In this document: piece by piece, positions 58,383 to 64,000 of the stretch
How the letters are laid out: the number at the start of each line of letters is the position of its first letter
How positions within the stretch are numbered: position 1 is the stretch's first letter
DNA from: Minutocellus sp. GHC0000111
Taxonomy: Eukaryota
Reading direction: 5' to 3'
Assembly (NCBI GenBank): GCA_977018835.1
Contig: OZ361261.1
Location: 310,001-374,000 of the forward strand
DNA length: 64,000 bases
Position numbers and translations under genes: made by a program
The notes under the pieces: model-generated
The model's input: only the letters and a program-made list of their open reading frames with translations
Databases searched by the model: none
What the model was told of the DNA's origin: nothing

Positions 58383-60365
58383 TTATACCAGCCCACCGTC
58401 GCAATCACTATTCACGTACGCCGTGAAGAATTCGGAAATGTCATCATTGCCGACAAACATGTCTCCATCTAAATCTTCAGGGCAGGGATTGTTGTCTGGA
58501 CAAGTCCTTCCTTGCATCCTAAAAATGAGATTGAAGTCGGTGTTGTCGACCCTTCCATCTCGATTCACATCTCCAAAGCAAATTTTTGGCTCTGGCTTTG
58601 GTTCGGGCACCAATAGTGTGTCGAGCTGCTCGACTTCGGGTTGTAATGGTGTCTCTTCTCCGGCGAAATAGCTCGTCGCAAGTTCCCACACTTGTGGTCC
58701 AATGACGTTCCCCATGAGTCGGCCAGGGATGTCATCAAAACTCGGGTGAATGCCACCCCAGATTCGACTCAGCGAACATTGATCACTGGCATCGCTGTAG
58801 GACGCCCATTGCAATCGAACATCAACTGAGGGTCCGTTCTCAAAGACCAAAAATTCGTTTGCCGGGGCCACGTACTCCCCCAGACCATTTGGAAAGTACG
58901 GTGAGCCCGTAAATGAGGTCAAAAGCTCGGCACCCGTCCTTGAGAAGGTAGAGTGACCTGAAACATATCCAGCAAAGTTGGGGGTGACAAAAGTAGGTCG
59001 CTGGTAGGGCCACCATTCTGCCACCGGTATCCAACCCACCCCGGCATTTTCTGCCTCTACATCACCAATGAAGTCGGGCCCACGCCAGCACTTGACCGCT
59101 ATCTCACCCACTCTATCCTTCAGGTGTGCATGTCTTTCGCCGTCTCCCGTGGATTCGGCAGTGATCATTTCCACCAAGCCAGGAATCAGCTCCAAACCCA
59201 TAGGATGGTATCTCTCGACATTGGGATCAGAACGCTGTCCATTCTCTGCCATCCATCTGATTACAGTAATAGGTCGCACATAGTCGTACCGACCCTTGAG
59301 GCCCCACGCGGCGATGGCGGCATCGTGCATGGCACCACCTAGAGCAAAGTAGGCTTTGATATCATACTCGAGAACATCAACCGCCGGATCCATTCCACCA
59401 ACCTTTCGCTCTGACTGGGGAATATTGTCAATAACATCGTTCAACATGACATACCAGTGACCAGGTGGAGTTACTGAATCAGGCCCATCGGCCCAAAATT
59501 CGGCCAAGATGCGGGCATAATCGCCCCTCGGCACTTCTTGGGGTGGGTACGGATCACCGGTGACTGGATTTCGTTCGTGGCCCGGGCCAATGTCCCCACC
59601 ATTAAGGGCGTCGTAGAACCACAGATAATCATGATTGGCTTGAACCTTTTCCATTGATGGGATCGTTGCGTCACCGACCGAGGCGGGACTTATGTCCACC
59701 ATCACACCGTCGGTGGGGTCCATGTGACCAGACCAGTGCAGGACCTGTTCGAACCCCTTGAGAAATTGGAGCTGTTCCTCTCGGGACGTGGTGGGTTCAC
59801 CGTCGGCGTCCAAGTTGACCATCGGCGGTGGACCAGGATCGATGTAGGTAGTGTATTCGTTGCCTGCCTCGTCGTAGTGCAACGATTTTTGGTCCTCCCG
59901 CAAAGAGAAGGGTGTGACGCTGCCCCACTCCGGTCCCAGAAAGGCGGGATATTCGCCATAAGGACGACTGTTGCCGGATTGGTCGATAAACGTTCGAAGG
60001 GAAAGCGGTTGCCACCGATCGGGCGTACCAACATTGTTGGTGCCTGCCTCGTGTGGGAATAGGGGCAGATTGACGGGCTTGTAGTACACATTGGAGTAGT
60101 CAATCTCCTCATGCGATCCATCCTCGAGATAATGCTGAATGTAGGTGTTGGCAATGCGATTTCCAACAGCTCGGGGATCGTTCCCAACGGTGGAATTGTA
60201 CGCGGGATCGAGGCCGTACTCCTCCATCAGCGCATGATACTGCGGCAGCATGCTATCGAATCCCGGCGACAGCACATATCGCCACCTCATCATCCCATAC
60301 GCGGAACGAGCGGCGAAGAACAACGCCAGCATTCCTGCTATCGCAGGTACCCAAATATTATTCAT
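58383..60365 (-). CDS. Bacterial-type vanadium-dependent haloperoxidase with C-terminal dockerin-like module; N-terminus apparently truncated near 60305
   Basis: Vanadate-site motifs WGLKGRYDYVRP, FAGYVSGHSTFS and SLSRIWGGIHP, plus AEFWADGPDSVTPPGHW. Tail CFGDVNRDGRVDNTD..CPEDLDGDMFVGNDD. No introns. Confidence 0.88.
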   Translation of the reverse strand: MNNIWVPAIAGMLALFFAARSAYGMMRWRYVLSPGFDSMLPQYHALMEEYGLDPAYNSTVGNDPRAVGNRIANTYIQHYLEDGSHEEIDYSNVYYKPVNLPLFPHEAGTNNVGTPDRWQPLSLRTFIDQSGNSRPYGEYPAFLGPEWGSVTPFSLREDQKSLHYDEAGNEYTTYIDPGPPPMVNLDADGEPTTSREEQLQFLKGFEQVLHWSGHMDPTDGVMVDISPASVGDATIPSMEKVQANHDYLWFYDALNGGDIGPGHERNPVTGDPYPPQEVPRGDYARILAEFWADGPDSVTPPGHWYVMLNDVIDNIPQSERKVGGMDPAVDVLEYDIKAYFALGGAMHDAAIAAWGLKGRYDYVRPITVIRWMAENGQRSDPNVERYHPMGLELIPGLVEMITAESTGDGERHAHLKDRVGEIAVKCWRGPDFIGDVEAENAGVGWIPVAEWWPYQRPTFVTPNFAGYVSGHSTFSRTGAELLTSFTGSPYFPNGLGEYVAPANEFLVFENGPSVDVRLQWASYSDASDQCSLSRIWGGIHPSFDDIPGRLMGNVIGPQVWELATSYFAGEETPLQPEVEQLDTLLVPEPKPEPKICFGDVNRDGRVDNTDFNLIFRMQGRTCPDNNPCPEDLDGDMFVGNDDISEFFTAYVNSDCDGGLV

Positions 60366-60379
60366 CAGACAAACGCGGC

Positions 60380-61983
60380 ATGATCATGTTTGCCGACCGA
60401 AATGGTGGCGGCGCTTCGGCGTCGAACGGCGACGTTGAGATGCAAAAGATTGACTTCGGCCAAAAGACGCACAAGAGCGATTATTATGACGACAGTGACG
60501 ACATCGACAGCGACGACGAGGAATTCTCCCTGCGCGGACCACTGCTCACCGCATCCGACGATGGTCCGGGAGCCAGCGGTCTGCTCCCCTCGTCCTCGTC
60601 ATCACCCCGCACAAGACAATTGCAGCCGCAAGTCTTCCGGCAGCGCTGGGTGCAGCTGGGATATCTCTCGACGCTGGCCTTGCTTAGCGATTGGATATGT
60701 TTCTCAACGGCAAGCGTTCCCGACATTTTCGAGGAGGCGTATCCCGGTCGGACGTCGGATGGTTTAATAGACAAGTTTTTGCTCATGAATGTACTGAGTT
60801 GCCTGATGGTGACGGACGTCGTGGCGCGATTTGGTTTGCAACGGTGCATCAAGGCCAGCAGTGCGCTCATGGCGGTGGGAACCTGGCTGCGCTCAGGATT
60901 GTGTGCCGTTCCCATCTTGTTTGAGATGTTGGGCATACGAGAGAACTTTACCTTTATGGACACCAAGGTGTTTGGCGTGCCGTTGTTTGGGCTGCCTCCG
61001 TATCCGGTGATTCTCATCGGGACGCTCATGGTGGGTGCAGCGCAGCCATTCTTTCAGTGCACACCACCTCTGTTGTCGGCTCAGTGGTTCGCCTCCAACG
61101 AACGGGCTACATCCACAGCCATTGCACTGAATTTCAACCAGGTTGGAATTGCAACGGCATTTTTGGTGGGCGGCAAGATGGCCGATGTTCTGGATGGAAT
61201 TCGCTGGTACTTTATGCTCATTGCGTTGCTGTGCTCGGTGGCTTCCATCGGTACATTTTGGCACTTTCAGGACCTACCGCCGGTGCCGCCATCAGCCTCG
61301 GAGATTGAAAAGTTGCAAAAGGGCCAGCACCACGAACCACCATTTCGTGTATCCGTCAAGAGCTTCTTCTCAACACCTGGCTTCACCCGACCGCTGGTGG
61401 CCTTAATGCTGCAAATGTCGTCGGTGCCTTCATCGATGAAGTAATGGAGAGGGGTGGCGTCACTGATCGACGGGCGGTGGCATGGGCCGGTGCGGGATTC
61501 GAATGTGCCATTGTGTTAGGTGGTATTATTCTCGGACAGTACGTTGATAGAACCAAGGAGTACAAGAAGGTAACGCTGGCCTGTATCGCACTTTCGCTGA
61601 TATTTATTCTGCCCCTCGGGTTAACCGAGCATCAATTTGGACAAGAGCCGGTCATATTGGTGATATCACTCTTAATGCTGGGGTTCTTTGTAGGACCTGT
61701 CCAGCCGATCAATGCAGAACTCGCAGTGGATGTGACCTTTCCAGGAGATGAGACGGCCGTAGAGAGTGTTCAGCAATTTGGCGGCAACTTTTGCTCGGCG
61801 TTGCTGGTTCCAGTGGCGGGGAGAGCGGCCAAACTGGATTACACATTACTGCCCAACGTACCCTTTCTGGAGAGTGACATCCGCGGCGATGTCATCCTCA
61901 TGATGCTTGTGTCCATCTTGACATATGCTTATTATTGTGGGTTTGATGCACCGCTGCGACGGAGCATGGCCGATGGAGACTAA
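60380..61983 (+). pseudogene. MFS transporter, FLVCR-like; small deletion/frameshift at ~61400
   Basis: QRWVQL, GAAQPFFQ..WFASNERATSTAIA and ELAVDVTFP; the frame switches before NVVGAFIDEV. Confidence 0.8.
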
Positions 61984-62035
61984 AATCGCATCATGATTAC
62001 TAATAAACCTGGATTACCATTACATTTGATTTATC

Positions 62036-63427
62036 TCACTTTGATTTGGCATCCGTGGCCATTAGGTCATCAAAGTTCTTTCGGATCATTCTCCCATACA
62101 TAGATGTTGAATAATACGTATAACGTTTACTACCCCGATGCGTGCAAAGGAAGACCAAGTCAGCGATAATGCAAAGATGTGCTTCCTTTGAGATGAAGCA
62201 TGGATAGGCCATAACGTAAATAGACAATACCGCGGCAACCATGTGAGCAAGCATGTACATGAGGAAATCCCTCAGCTCGAAATCATTTTCCTCCATTTGT
62301 TTGATGCTGACTTCTCGTGGTCTACCCCAACAGACCTTCCCAATCAAGATGGCGAGCCCACCACGAACGGTTGAATGGAAGACTGTGTCATACTTTGATG
62401 GGTAAGGTGTTCCGTCTCTCTTCTTTCGACGACGATTAGTCCGGGGCAAATCAAGCCCAATCGTTACCATCCAAATTACGTAGGGAATGAACCACAAAAA
62501 GTAGAGAGCTATTCCATTGCCGGCAACTGAACCCAGCCCCGTCCCCGGCAGGAAGAATGGACCATTCTCGGGAAAGAATTTCACTTGATCATCTTCAATA
62601 TAGCTCAAGTCAAACAAATTTGGCCACGCTTCGTGCATTTCCGTCCAATGCCAACGAAGAGTGTAGATTACCATTGGAGGCAGCAGATGAATAAACAGGC
62701 CCGTCATCGTTCGGTAATCATGAAATAAGAAAGAAACAAACGGCAATACCGCCGTAGCGCCAAGAAGTGGGCCACAACCCGCTCCCAAAGCTGCCAAATA
62801 GATGTGCCGTCGAAGATCGGTACAGATGATGGCATCGAACGCATAGGCAACAGGAAAAAGGACCAGGGCGGACATGGCCACGAAGTTGAGGAACCAACAG
62901 AGGTCGAAATAGTAGAAGATTTCACAAAGGGGGCGGGCTTTCAACATAGAAGCGAATTTCGAGGGGACGAAGATCATGGTCTCAATCAAATAGAGCAACC
63001 AGAAATGTTGGGGAGAGTGCCCAAAGACAAAGAAAATAAAGAACGAATTGAGCACGCCGAGCGTGAAGCTGAGCTCATTGAATCCCTCCTTCATTCGTTT
63101 GGCTGCCGTCCGATCCACCTCATCCAGGATCTTGGTTAGGACCTCGACTTCGCCCTGCCGAAAGGCAACGCTTGGTCGTCTTGCGTCGAAATTCGGCGCC
63201 GGCACTACGGTGTGAGACAGACGAACCGACAGCTCCCTCCCCAACCCACGTGCTACGTCCTTGGCTTCGTTGGCTGTGGAGTCGGAGTGTTGCAACATTC
63301 CAGCATGATCGTCCGACGGCAGGCAATCAGCCGGCAAGCCCGGTATGTCACCCGTCAGAAGTGCCGCTCGCATGTGGACATCATCTCCCATGACCATCTC
63401 GTCGTCACCTTCGTAAGAGAAGCCCAT
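62036..63427 (-). CDS. Glycerophosphocholine acyltransferase (GPC1/DUF2838)-like
   Basis: SFTLGVLN, FYYFDLCWFLN and LFHDYRTMTGLFIHLLPP; multi-TM. Confidence 0.75.
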   Translation of the reverse strand: MGFSYEGDDEMVMGDDVHMRAALLTGDIPGLPADCLPSDDHAGMLQHSDSTANEAKDVARGLGRELSVRLSHTVVPAPNFDARRPSVAFRQGEVEVLTKILDEVDRTAAKRMKEGFNELSFTLGVLNSFFIFFVFGHSPQHFWLLYLIETMIFVPSKFASMLKARPLCEIFYYFDLCWFLNFVAMSALVLFPVAYAFDAIICTDLRRHIYLAALGAGCGPLLGATAVLPFVSFLFHDYRTMTGLFIHLLPPMVIYTLRWHWTEMHEAWPNLFDLSYIEDDQVKFFPENGPFFLPGTGLGSVAGNGIALYFLWFIPYVIWMVTIGLDLPRTNRRRKKRDGTPYPSKYDTVFHSTVRGGLAILIGKVCWGRPREVSIKQMEENDFELRDFLMYMLAHMVAAVLSIYVMAYPCFISKEAHLCIIADLVFLCTHRGSKRYTYYSTSMYGRMIRKNFDDLMATDAKSK

Positions 63428-64000
63428 GATTACTTATTGTTCTGGTGTGGCAGACCAGGAAATAGAAAGGTTCCTTGCCTCGGCTTCGCTGGCTGGAGGT
63501 TTGCTTGTGACGTCGCGTCGTCGGGCAGCATTAGCAATTGGATTTCGGGATTAGAAATGGTCCCGATTTTTTAGCCTCGCTGCTGCCGAAAAAATGCGAA
63601 AGGGACCGACCGCCATCCGCCCCGCCCCACCTTTGGCAGAGAAGCCAGCAAATAATTGCACGCCATGAAGTGGTGGCCAGATTCCAAGAGTGCCTCAGAA
63701 GAAGACAACGATGGGAATAGCCGATCAAAATGGACGCCGTGGTCAGCCTCATCGTCGAGCGATGCGGCAGCTACAAAAGATGTGCCAAAAAGCGAACCCG
63801 CCAATAATTATTGGAAATGGCGGAACAACAATAACAATCAGAACGACGAGGAATCGAAAACAGAAAGTTCTCCATTGACAACTATTGTGAGCAGTCTTCC
63901 AGATATGCCAGAAGTAAGTGGGTATATAAATCTATCGCCTCAGACGCAAGATGTGCTAGACAGGGCACAATCGTTGCTAACTACCACCGAGGGCGCGGCA

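Noticed and set aside
33324..61983. TauD, haloperoxidase and MFS as a halogenated-metabolite gene cluster
   Set aside because: TauD is ~23 kb away with housekeeping genes between, there is no scaffold synthase, and the VHPO-MFS adjacency may result from a deletion.
63690..64000. Start of a further gene at the window edge
   Set aside because: Only a short ORF is visible, with no identifiable motif.

Overview
Gene-dense eukaryotic nuclear DNA with short GT-AG introns, bipartite plastid-targeting leaders and diatom-type protein families. Flagellar genes (IFT74, outer-arm dynein IC2) point to a centric diatom; this is an inference. All family calls are by-eye motif recognition, with no database search. 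Main points: (1) A 4.2-kb Kolobok-type DNA transposon (3025-7261) has perfect 17-bp TIRs and a TTAA target duplication. It carries an internally deleted DDE transposase and a convergent KolX-like gene that appears to be fused to an RPA70N-like OB fold. It lies next to a ~1-kb orientation-switching array of a 12-bp motif, and both are bracketed by an outer inverted repeat. (2) An intronless, bacterial-type vanadium haloperoxidase has a C-terminal dockerin-like module (candidate horizontal transfer) and is 5'-truncated. (3) A membrane-anchored FPP-synthase homologue lacks the DDxxD motifs. (4) Many unrelated genes carry nonsense codons, small deletions or apparent large-deletion junctions, so this is either a decaying haplotype/duplicate segment or a poor consensus. 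The remaining genes are mostly ordinary: malic enzyme, PPR protein, TMCO1, iGluR-like channel, C2 protein, kinases, TauD-like dioxygenase, C9orf85, SPFH, CRAL-TRIO, small Tim, RlmL-like methyltransferase, MFS transporter and GPC1.
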